Source: Monocercomonoides exilis PA203 (taxonomy: Eukaryota; Protista; Preaxostyla). Taken from it: a stretch of 64,000 bases of DNA. The translations under genes were made by a program, and so were the position numbers. Under the pieces are notes generated by a model that saw nothing but the letters and a program-made list of their open reading frames with translations, ran no database searches and was not told the DNA's origin. Positions 1-10,069 of the stretch are shown piece by piece. Numbering within the stretch: position 1 is the stretch's first letter; each line of letters opens with the position of its first letter. The DNA is taken from contig LSRY02000008.1 of NCBI GenBank assembly GCA_001643675.2, positions 1,116,001-1,180,000 of the forward strand, in the 5' to 3' direction.

Positions 1-859
1 TGATGGATGGATGACTGATGCACTGTTTGCTCGCTATGCTGAAGAGATACTACTGCCTGGAATTGTCCGAAGAAGAAAATTGCTGGATATGTACGAAGAT
101 AGATGCATGCTTCTCTTGGATTCTCATCCTTCAAAAGCACAGCCAGATATTTGGCAAAAATTTGCAGATTCATCAATTGACGTGGTGACATTTATTCCAC
201 ACAGCACTCATCTTACACAGCCACTTGACTGCGGAGTTTTTGCTGTGTTCAAAAGATGTTTCAATTCAAACTATGTTGTTCCATCTTCTTCTTCGATCGC
301 ACTCAGACGAAAAGCAGTTGCAAATGCCTTGCCACAGGCTTTGCAAACTGCATTGCTTCCTTCATCAATTCACTCTGCATTTGAAAAGAGCGGAGTGTTG
401 TCTGGGCAGTCCAATACTGTATTGGTGAAGTTGCCTGACACTCCTTCAGTTCAGCTGAAAAAAAAAACCCATCGTTTCAATTTCCATGGAAAAAATATTA
501 CCGACCAAGCATTTTTAGATGAATGGAAAGAATACAAAAAGATGAAAGATGAAAAGAATATTGATGATTCTGCTGAAGAAAAAATTGAAAAAGATTTGTT
601 TTCTGAGGACAAGCCGAAAAAAAGAAAAATATCAAAATCCCAAATTTTAAAAGATGATGATTTTGAAGATGATAATGAACGAAGAAATACCAGAAAAATT
701 ATTAAAAGAGAATTGATGGATTATATTTACTATTGATTGTTGCGTTTTTTCGAAAATTTCAACATGCGATTTATAAAAAAATATTTTTTTTTCTATCAAA
801 AAATAAAAATTATGTCCGGATAAAAAAATCACCCTATAAAATTATAGGTTGGACACCCT
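1..859 (+). mobile_element. Right part of a pogo/Tc1-mariner superfamily DNA transposon
   Basis: The transposase ORF is followed by a candidate terminus ...ATAGGTTGGACACCCT|TA (860-861). On the reverse strand this is TA|AGGGTGTCC, resembling Tc1/mariner ends. The left TIR is not in the window, so the end is unconfirmed. Confidence 0.55.
2..736 (+). CDS. pogo/Tc5-type DDE_1 transposase, C-terminal part (5' end outside window)
   Basis: The frame is open from the window edge and reads DGWMTDALF...LLLDSHPSK...VVTFIPHSTHLTQPLDCGVFAVFK. This matches the GWM, LLxD.H.S and P.S/T..LQPLD..F..FK motifs of DDE_1 endonucleases. Confidence 0.88.
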   Translation, partial: DGWMTDALFARYAEEILLPGIVRRRKLLDMYEDRCMLLLDSHPSKAQPDIWQKFADSSIDVVTFIPHSTHLTQPLDCGVFAVFKRCFNSNYVVPSSSSIALRRKAVANALPQALQTALLPSSIHSAFEKSGVLSGQSNTVLVKLPDTPSVQLKKKTHRFNFHGKNITDQAFLDEWKEYKKMKDEKNIDDSAEEKIEKDLFSEDKPKKRKISKSQILKDDDFEDDNERRNTRKIIKRELMDYIYY

Positions 860-2873
860 TATTTATTAACCAAACAATAAATGAATGTTTTATTGCCCTT
901 CGTCTTGCCTGTTTTGAGGCAAAAGAATGAAAACGTTGCAGAGGAATAAGTTAATGATTGTGCATCTTCAGGCATTTTATAATATTTTTGACTCTTTTGA
1001 AGTAGATGTTCCTCCAACATTCAGAAAATGAATCAATATGTTGCTTCATCTTGATTTTTCCGAAGGCAGCAGGACCAGCAACAAATGTTTTATGGTGTGC
1101 ATGGGGCATTGCTGAATCACTGCTTATGCGATTTTATCTGTTCTTTTTTTATTATTATGAAAAAAGAAATTTTTTGTTGACTTTTGAAAGGGGCTTGGGC
1201 GATTGAACAATTTGAGGGACCTGGAGCAAAAAGAGAAAAGCGAAGAAATGGATGAAATACGGGAAGATGTGAGATTTGAAGAGACGTGTGCGATTTGTGG
1301 AGTGGGTTGTTGAAAAGATAATAGAGAAAATTGTGGATGGAAAGGGATTGGAGTTGGAGGATGAAAATTGTGTGTTGGAATGTTGTGGGATGTTAAAAAG
1401 AGCCAAAGGTTCAAAGGGACGATGGATTGCTTTTCTTTGAAGAGGAAAAGATACAAGAAAAAGAATTTTGATAAAAACAAGAAGAACGAAAAATAAATGG
1501 ATGAAAGACTTCTAATGGAATGTTTGCAATGGAACTTAATTCTGAATGAAGGCCTTTCAGTGGAATTGGTGTTGATTTGTGTGGCTTGCCTGCTGAAAGG
1601 TGTGTTGGAGAAAGAAGGAAAGGGAGGAGACTCAAAAAGAAGTTGAAATGAGTTTGCTGCGAGAGTCATTTTCACACAACATTCAAACGTGTCTTTTGTT
1701 TTTTTTCAATTTTTTATTTTTTTTTTTTTTGAAATGTATTTGAATTGAATAGGAAACAGATAGCGAGTGATGTTTGAAGGAAGAAGCAGGAAGCATCAAG
1801 AGGGATCAGAAGCAGCACACTTTGAGTGTACTTGCGAATGGATGAGTTTTGGAGAAATTGATGAAGGGATTGATAAAGTGCAGAGAGATGGGGGAAGTGA
1901 GTGTGAATGAGCTGGGTTTTGGTAGAGAAGATTCAAAAGAAGTGGGAGAGATGGGAAAGGATGTGGATTGGAAGAGAAAATATGATGAGAGGATGAGAGA
2001 AGGGAGAGAATGACTGAACCCTGATGGGTGTGATTGAAAGAAGATGAAGTAGAGGAATTTGAAGAAATCAACATTTTCAGTTTCTGAGGGGAAAGAGGAG
2101 GCAACCACTCAAGAACAGTCAATGAACAGTGGACATCCAATTCAATTGGTATGCATCAATCTGTTTGTTGAATATTTTGTGATTATGTTTTTCTTATCAA
2201 TATGAAGTTCACTTATCAAATACAATATTTTATCTCAATGACAACATCACATGAACCCTTTTCATCATCTTCTTCAGAAACATCATTCAATTGATTGCAC
2301 ATTTCTCTTTTACTTCATTTCTTCTTCTTATTCTTCTTCACCATCTTCTTCTTCATTTAACAAAAATGAAGCAATTCTTCAATTAAACAGTGCTTTCTCC
2401 AAGTATCTTAATTTTTCTGGAAAATGTTTTTTTCATCTTTCAACGTAACTTATGTTTATTCTTTTTCTCTTTCAATAGTGTCTGTTGAATTCTAAAAAAT
2501 TGCTTGTATTGTTTCAAAACCATGATATATTTTGTTCAATTGTCAGATGAATTGATTATTAAACAAATAACAAAAAGTGATGAAATGTTCATGTTATCAA
2601 AAAATGAAAAAGAAATAAAAATTGGAAAATATGTGAACTTCAAAAAAGTTTTTTGAAACATAAAAACAAATTATAAACGATATTAAAATGACAACGAATA
2701 AATGAAATAAAAATTCGATGAAGAAGATGCAGTTTCAGATACATTTTTTAAAGGTGAATTGTTTCTATTTCTTGTCGCGCTGGTGGGCTTTTAGCATTTT
2801 CATGAGTCTTCTTCAGAAATTTCTCAAGCTCGTTGATATTTTTCAAAACATTTTAATGTTGAAATAAATAATA

Positions 2874-3386
2874 TGAATATGGTTTTTCATTTCAAAAAAT
2901 GCATTTTTATTTAATCATAAAAAAAAATATTGAATATATACATATTTATTTTTAAGACTCAATAAAATACAAAAACCAAAAAAAAGACAACATTTCATGA
3001 AAATATGTCAAATTGAAAATCTCGATCACAAAAGTGGTCACTAATTTTTCTTCAGATTTTGCAACAAACAGACATAAAAAGATGTGGGGAAGCGGTTTGT
3101 GCGGAAATCTGAGAAAAAATTAGTGACCACTTTTGTGATCGCCAGTCATTTCAAGTTTCAGTTTTATAATAGTTCCGATCGTTCAACGGATCAAATCTGA
3201 TGAGAACCTTAATAAAAGTGTTTTTCAAAATGACTGGCGATCACAAAAGCGGTCACTAATTTTTTCTCAGATTTCCGCACAAACCGCTTCCCCACATCTT
3301 TTTATGTCTGTTTGTTGCAAAATCTGAAGAAAAATTAGTGACCACTTTTGTGATCGAGATTTTCAATTTGATATATTTTCATGAAA
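2874..3386. repeat. Left TIR: 119-bp outer segment, 159-bp arm (2993-3151), 76-bp loop (3152-3227), inverted 159-bp arm (3228-3386)
   Basis: Read directly. Each arm contains the ~36-bp motif GATCACAAAAGTGGTCACTAATTTTTCTTCAGATTT and a near-exact reverse complement (e.g. 3024-3059 and 3105-3140). Confidence 0.93.
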
Positions 3387-3667
3387 ATTTTCGTTTAGAA
3401 ATATTTATTTATTATTTATATTTTTTTTTCATATATTTCTTTATGATTTATTGTTATTATGTTATTAACATTAGTTTTTATGAGAAACATTTATGCGTTG
3501 ATTTTTGGAAAAAGACAAAAAAATTGTGATTTCAGTTTCCAATATCAATTCATCATTTTGATAAAATCAAATTGCATAAATACTTATTTTTTGTGTGAAA
3601 CATGGTGTTTTTCACCGAAAAAGAAATGTGACTTTTGTTCCATAATAAATTCAGAAAAATAAAAACA

Positions 3668-4702
3668 ATGAATATTTCCAAACCTCAATCGACTCTATAT
3701 TCTCGATACAAAGTATTATGGAAAGAAATTGAACGCATCCGTGGAGATGATGTGGATTCATTGCTTGTCTATCAATTTTACAACTACAGGCAATCATCTT
3801 CAGTAATTAACGATTTGTTGAAGTCATTAAACGGTTTGATTATTATTTTGTCTTGTTTTATATAGAAAAATTTATGGACTGTCATTGTTGTCATTTTCTT
3901 ATTTATTTGCGAATTTTTTATATTCTTTAACAGAATATCACATAAAGCTGCTGGAAGACCTGTCTGTGGTGTTCAACAACGCTCCTTTGCACACTCAGAC
4001 AGTAATGCTGCAAGCGCTTTCCCGCAACACATCATTATCCGATTTACAAGACTATGGATATGATGTCACAGAGGGAAAATTTATTTACGCGAAGCAAACG
4101 CTGAAGAAGAATCAAGGTTTTATCATTCCGCCACAAAAACCTCATCTCCCTTCTTGCAAAAGTGGTTTGTTTTTATTTGAATTTTTTTTGAATAATTTTC
4201 TCTGATTATTTTAGGCTTAAATGAACAGGATTGGGAAAAGGGCAATAGCTGGATGTTAGCCCATTCCACTGAAGCCTCAACTTCTCTTCAATCAGCAAAG
4301 AAAAAGCAGCGAGCTGAGCCAGATTACACAAGATTTATTGATGAAGATGCCTGGGAAAATAAAATTGTTACAGAAAACTCTTCTTCAAATAAAAAACAAT
4401 CTTCTTCTTCTTCGATATCATCTCAACAAAACAAAAAATCTGATACCATTTCACATGAAAATTCTCCTTCTCAAGCTGTTGATGCCCCAATCAGTACTCC
4501 AATAAGAAGAGAAAGTAGCTCGACAAAAAATCAAAATAAAAATTCGAATCACAAACGTCACTCTTCTCCATCTCCAATACCAATTCACAAATTTTTCAAA
4601 ACAAAACAATAATCAACATCTTCTTCTTCTTCTCCTCTTCCTCCTTGTTCTCCTATTCGTTCTTCCTCTTCTTCCTCTTCTTCCTCTTCTTCCTCTTCTT
4701 CC

Positions 4703-4737
<35 letters not shown>

Positions 4738-5014
4738 ATCTTCTTCATCTTCTTCTTCTTCTTCCTCTTCTTCATCTTCTTCATCTTCTTCATCTTCTTC
4801 ATCTTCTTCATCTTCTTCTTCTTCTTCATCTTCTTCATCTTCTTCATCTTCTTCATCTTCTTCATCTTCTTCATCTTCTTCTTCTTCTTCATCTTCTTCA
4901 TCTTCTTCATCTTCTTCATCTTCTTCATCTTCTTCATCTTCTTCTTCTTCTTCATCTTCTTCATCTTCTTCATCTTCTTCATCTTCTTCATCTTCTTCAT
5001 CTTCTTTTTCTTCT

Positions 5015-5049
<35 letters not shown>

Positions 5050-7044
5050 ATCTTCTTTATCTTCTTCATCTTCTTTATCTTCTTCTTCTTCTTCATCTTC
5101 TTCATCTTCTTCATCTTCTTCATCTTCTTCATTTTCTTCATCTTCTTCTTTTTCTTTTTCTTCTTCTTCTTTCTCTTCTTCCTCTTCTTCTTCTTCTTCA
5201 TCTTCTTCTTCTTCTTCATCTTCTTCATCTTCTTCATCTTCTTCATCTTCTTCATCTTCTTCTTCTTCTTCATCTTCTTCATCTTCTTCATCTTCTTCAT
5301 CTTCTTCATCTTCTTCTTCTTCTTCATCTTCTTCATCTTCTTCATCTTCTTCTTCTTCTTCATCTTCTTCATCTTCTTCATCTTCTTCATCTTCTTCATC
5401 TTCTTCATCTTCTTCATCTTCTTCATCTTCTTCATCTTCTTCATCTTCTTCATCTTCTTCTTCTTCTTCATCTTCTTCATCTTCTTCATCTTCTTCTTCA
5501 TCTTCTTCCTCTTTTTATTCTTCTTTTTCTTCTTCTTCTTCTTCATCTTCTTCATCTTCTTCATCTTCTTCCTCTTCTTCTTCTTCTTTTTCTTCTTCTT
5601 CTTCCTCTTCTTCCTCTCCTCCTTCTCCTTCTCCTTCTTCTTCTTCTTCTACTTCTTCTCCTCCTCCTTCTCCTTCTTCTTCCTCTTCATCCAAAAAGCA
5701 ACAAAAAATGACAATCAATTCTTCATTAACTAGCAAGTCTTCTTCATATTCGAGAAATGAAAATGATTGGGTGAGCGAGCAATTGCTTGAATATGTCACT
5801 TCTCCCACTCTTGTTCCTCCACAGGCATTTCAAGATCTTCTATCTTCATTTGCAAAAGACAGCAACACTTCTCCGTCTCCTCAAGACACACATTCAGACG
5901 AAAGTTGTAATTCAAATTGTAAAAATAATATGAATATCATTTCAAATAATTACACAATGAATTTTCTTCCCGCAATTCAATCTCCTTCTTCATCAATATT
6001 TTCGAACAAGAATGAAGATTCCAATTCGTCATCAAAAACAGTGAAAGGCTTGCAAAATCTTGGAAACACTTGCTATCTTTCCTCTCTCCTTCAATGTGTA
6101 TCTTCAATCACTTCACAAAAACAATTAATAATTAAAACCATTTCATTTCAAAACAATTTATCTTCTCGAGTATTGAGTGTTTGTCAACAACTTACCAAAG
6201 ATGGAATGATAGTGCGTTCATGGGTCCCATCACTGATCAACAAATGGGAAGACTTTTGTGGATATAGAAGCAGACAGCAACAAAATGTCATCGAGGCGTT
6301 TGACAATCTTCACCAACTTCTTCAAAAAGATGAGTTAATAAACAAGGATACCTTCAATCCTGTTTTAATCACACATTTCAAATGCCAAAAATGTCAAAAA
6401 ATCACATCACACTTCAATGAAATTTGTTACAATGTCGTTATCAATTCTTCTTCTCCTCACAACGGCCTATCTTCTCTTTTTGCGACTGAAGTTTTAAACG
6501 GAAAGAATTGTGTTTATTGCGATAAATGCAAGGAAAAATGCTGTGCTGCGAGATGGGAGGAAATGGCTGCATTTCCAGAGGTGCTAGCCCTCTGTCATGA
6601 ATGCACTGATTCTGCTAGTTCAGCACCTTCGAGAACATTACTAATGGAAACAAACAGAGTCAATCAACGCACGTTTTGTAAAGGGTTTTCTTCTAAAGAT
6701 ATTCAACATCTTCAAAAAGATAATCAAGAAACCATCATATATCATTTTTCTGGACAAATACTATTCAAACGTCTGGATCGACAAAACGGACATTACATCG
6801 CAGTTGTGAAAAGAAAAAGTGGAATCAATAGTTTTTGGAGTATTTGCAATGATAAAAGTGTTTCTGAATTCGATAGTGACAAATGGAGTTCTTCATGGAA
6901 AGATCTTTACTCACAAGGTTTCACTCCTTCCCTTTCATTTTACACAAAAGAAAAAACAAAGCCAACATTTTCAACAATTCAGTTCGGTGGTTCCTCTTCT
7001 TCATCTTCTTCAAAAACATCTAATAATAACACTTCAAATAGCAT

Positions 7045-7076
<32 letters not shown>

Positions 7077-8449
7077 TATCATCATTCATCACACCACCTC
7101 CTCGAACAGCTTCCATTCCACAACTTTCTTCATCAATAACAACTTACTATGGATTGGAAGCTTTGAAAGAAAGAAGAAAGAAAACGGGCATCTTTTCTCC
7201 CAATGAAAAGAGATTAATCTTCAAGCCCAAGACGAAATTATGGAAAGAGTTTACAGATGAAACAAACATCAAAGTTTCATTATCTCACTTCTACAAACTC
7301 ACCACCAACTTCTCAAAAGCGAAAAGGCGTACTGACCTGTGTGGAATGTGTGAGAAGTTGAGCTATTTGGAGAATAAACTCAAATCTTCACAAAACAAAA
7401 ATGGACTTTCTTCTGCTGAGTTTCATACACTCAAACTTCTTCGTCAACATCGTCTTGTTGCAGAAATGCAACGAAAACATTATCAATCAACAGTTGATAA
7501 TCTGAAAGAGGGAGAAGCAGTCTTCGTCTTCGACTTTAAAGAAAAATGGAAACTCCCCATAAGAAAAAATCAACTTCAACAAGAATTCTTCAATTATCAA
7601 CAAGTCTCTCAATTCACAATCATCTCTCTTCAAAAAATAAAAAATCAAAAAATAAAACGAACATTCAACTTCTTCTCCGATTGCCTTTCAAATGATCACA
7701 GATTTGTTATTGAGTGTCTGGAATCTGTGATCAAAAGACACTTCTTCTCAGACACTCACACTTTTAAGTTCTTCTGCGATTCGGGTCCACACAACCGAAA
7801 TCGCTTCCTTCTTCACTTCATCCTCTCCAAACAATCGAAACTCCTGAAAAAGAAAAATACTCAACTCAACTTCTTCGCTGAGCACCATGGAAAGAATATT
7901 TGTGATAGTGAATTTGGTGCGTTAGTTAATGCAATTGACAACAATCTTTCGACTGAACACATCACAACACTTCATGACTTAATCAACTTCTTCGAAAACA
8001 ATACGAATGTTTCATCATCTGTTTCATCATCTTCGCAATTGTATATTTTTGAATCATCCTCATCAAACAACTCCCCATCGTCATCATCTATCAAGGAGTG
8101 TGTACATGAGAGGTACTTTGAAGAGTACGTACCATCTCAGCAAATTTCATGGCCATCACTGTCAGTCCCTCACATGAAGGACTACTTGTATTTTGAGTGC
8201 AAGGGCTCATTTGTCTGCGCATCTGCTGTTGGATATCTTCCTCAACGCTCTCTGGTTGCCCTCGAATCTTCAACAATGAAAGAAAAAGTTCAACGTCCAA
8301 GAAAGTCATTTCACTCTGATATCACATCATCTAACTCTTCTCTTCTTTCTCAATCTTCTCAAGATCTTCTTCCAAGGAGATTTGAGCTTCTTCTTGACTC
8401 TTCTTCTTTTAATGAATCTCAAAATTGTATTTATGGTGTCTCTTTTTAA
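3668..8449 (+). CDS. Transposase (Sola-like DDD) with internal poly-Ser tract and USP/peptidase C19 domain; join(3668..3833,3934..4164,4215..8449), one in-frame TAA at 4610-4612
   Basis: Two phase-1 GT-AG introns (3834-3933, 4165-4214) join the ORF-track pieces in frame. USP motifs: Cys box GLQNLGNTCYLSSLLQC (Cys 6071), QQNV, CxxC/CxxC, His box NGHYIAVV (His 6791), WxxCND. Transposase motifs: RTDLCGMC...H...A, VFDFKEK (D 7532), FCDSG (D 7778), FFAEHHGKNICDSEFG (D 7904). Confidence 0.82.
4619..5690 (+). repeat. ~1.07-kb (TCT/TCA/TCC)n trinucleotide tract encoding poly-Ser in the transposase frame
   Basis: The Ser frame is the same frame as ORFs 4253..4612 and 5708..8449. The Phe/Ile and Lys/Met ORFs in the track are shadow frames. 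Confidence 0.9.
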
Positions 8450-8474
8450 GAAACTAGTTGTTGTGTATGCTTAG

Positions 8475-8570
8475 CTGGCACTCTATCGGAAGGGTGCTGG
8501 ACATGACTGTTCGTATTAGATATTGCAGCCTTCGGGCTGCTTTATCCGGACCTGGATACAACGAACAGCC
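8475..8570 (+). ncRNA. Putative structured RNA element in the transposase 3' region
   Basis: A 10-bp stem 8475-8484/8491-8500 has 3 G-U pairs. Stem 8507-8514/8561-8568 encloses GCAGCC-UUCG-GGCUGC (8525-8540) and a second hairpin (8543-8558). The segment is a GC-rich island in AT-rich DNA. Confidence 0.5.
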
Positions 8571-9346
8571 TCCCAGGTGCACAATAGTTAGAATCCGATT
8601 GTTTTCTTGTAATTTTTGTCCCTATAATGTCCCCATTATTAAATTGGTTATTGTCCCGCTTATATCTGTATATATCGAGATTCATTAGAAGAGAGAGTTA
8701 TGAGGGAATTCATTGATCTATGTGTGAGGTTTTTGGAAGGGAGAGTTGTTGAGAGTGTGAAGTGATGTTTTATCATTGTGTCTGTCTTTTTTCTTTGTTG
8801 AATTTGATCTTTTTGAGTCAAAGAGAGAGAAATATCAGAAAGGGGAGAGTGGATGGAAAACAGATGGAAAATAGACAAGTTAGTTTTTGAACTTTTAATA
8901 TAAGTATTCTTTTTTGTTAGGAATTGTCTTTGATACCATGAATTTGTTGAAATAGTGCTATTTCTTCTTATATTTTTCATTGTTCAAAATTGTTGATATT
9001 TAGTTGATATTTGGTGATTGTTTAATGATAATGTGATTGAATTATGTTTCTTTTGAAAGTTGATGAATCTGATTAGAAAATTTCTGACTGTTTTCAATTT
9101 TTTTAATGATCAATATTGTGAAGTACTTTTTGTTTTTTATGTCATTTTGATTGCAAAACGATTGTTATTTTTTAACGTATATTTTTCACTTTTCATAGTG
9201 AATTTTTCCACTTGTTCACCAAACAATTTATCGATAAACATGTTATATATTTATTAAGATATCAACAAAAATAAAATTTTCATAATAATAGATAATATTA
9301 CAAAACAAATTTCAATAATATCTCATCATACAACAAAAAGCAAATA

Positions 9347-9859
9347 TTTCATGAAAATATATCAAATTGAAAATCTCGATCACAAAAGTGGTCACTAATT
9401 TTTCTTCAGATTTTGCAACAAACAGACATAAAAAGATGTGGGGAAGCGGTTTGTGCGGAAATCTGAGAAAAAATTAGTGACCACTTTTGTGATCGCCAGT
9501 CATTTCAAGTTTCAGTTTTATAATAGTTCCGATCGTTCAACGGATCAAATCTGATGAGAACCTTAATAAAAGTGTTTTTCAAAATGACTGGCGATCACAA
9601 AAGCGGTCACTAATTTTTTCTCAGATTTCCGCACAAACCGCTTCCCCACATCTTTTTATGTCTGTTTGTGTGGAAATCTGAAGAAAAATTAGTGACCACT
9701 TTTGTGATCGAGATTTTCAATTTGACATATTTTCATGAAATGTTGTCTTTTTTTTGGTTTTTGTATTTTATTGAGTCTTAAAAATAAATATGTATATATT
9801 CAATATTTTTTTTTATGATTAAATAAAAATGCATTTTTTGAAATGAAAAACCATATTCA
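9347..9859. repeat. Right TIR: arm 9347-9505, loop 9506-9581, inverted arm 9582-9740, outer segment 9741-9859
   Basis: The outer segment is the reverse complement of 2874-2992. The arm-loop-arm cassette matches 2993-3386 at offset 6354. Confidence 0.93.
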
Positions 9860-10069
9860 CATTTAATGACAATTATAAAAGCGACAATAATAGCAATCAG
9901 TGCGATAATTTACATCAAAAATGTGTCAGCCCGCGAATGGAATATCAATGAAAATGAAAAAATTTTAAATACACATTCAGAAATTTATATGAAAGCGATT
10001 CTTTTTTTCATGAGTATTTTTTTGTGATTCAACTCGTAAACATCAAATGCTTGCTGTTCATTTCGTATG

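Larger units (their letters stand above)
2874..9859 (+). mobile_element. Sola-like DNA transposon with 513-bp complex TIRs encoding a USP-transposase fusion
   Basis: 2874-3386 and 9347-9859 are inverted repeats of each other except for the central loop region. They flank one spliced gene with transposase and USP motifs. No clean TSD was found. Confidence 0.85.

Noticed and set aside
3152-3227. Hammerhead ribozyme or C/D snoRNA suggested by CTGATGA in the TIR loop
   Set aside because: No GAAA after a credible stem II and no properly placed C/D box pair.
2993-3386. CRISPR-like array of 36-bp repeats
   Set aside because: The repeats alternate in orientation, the intervening segments are not unique spacers, there are no cas genes, and the context is eukaryotic.
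4645-5733. 362-aa Phe/Ile ORF and antisense 303-aa Lys/Met ORF
   Set aside because: Shadow frames of the TCT/TCA microsatellite. The Ser frame is the one continuous with the flanking transposase exon.
8501-8570. SECIS element (AUGA before a stem)
   Set aside because: No opposing GA for the kink-turn, no apical AA, and no in-frame TGA in the upstream ORF.
2861-9870. Target-site duplication for the USP-transposase element
   Set aside because: The flanks (AAATAATA / CATTTAAT) give no exact direct repeat at any boundary tried, so the termini are uncertain by a few bases.
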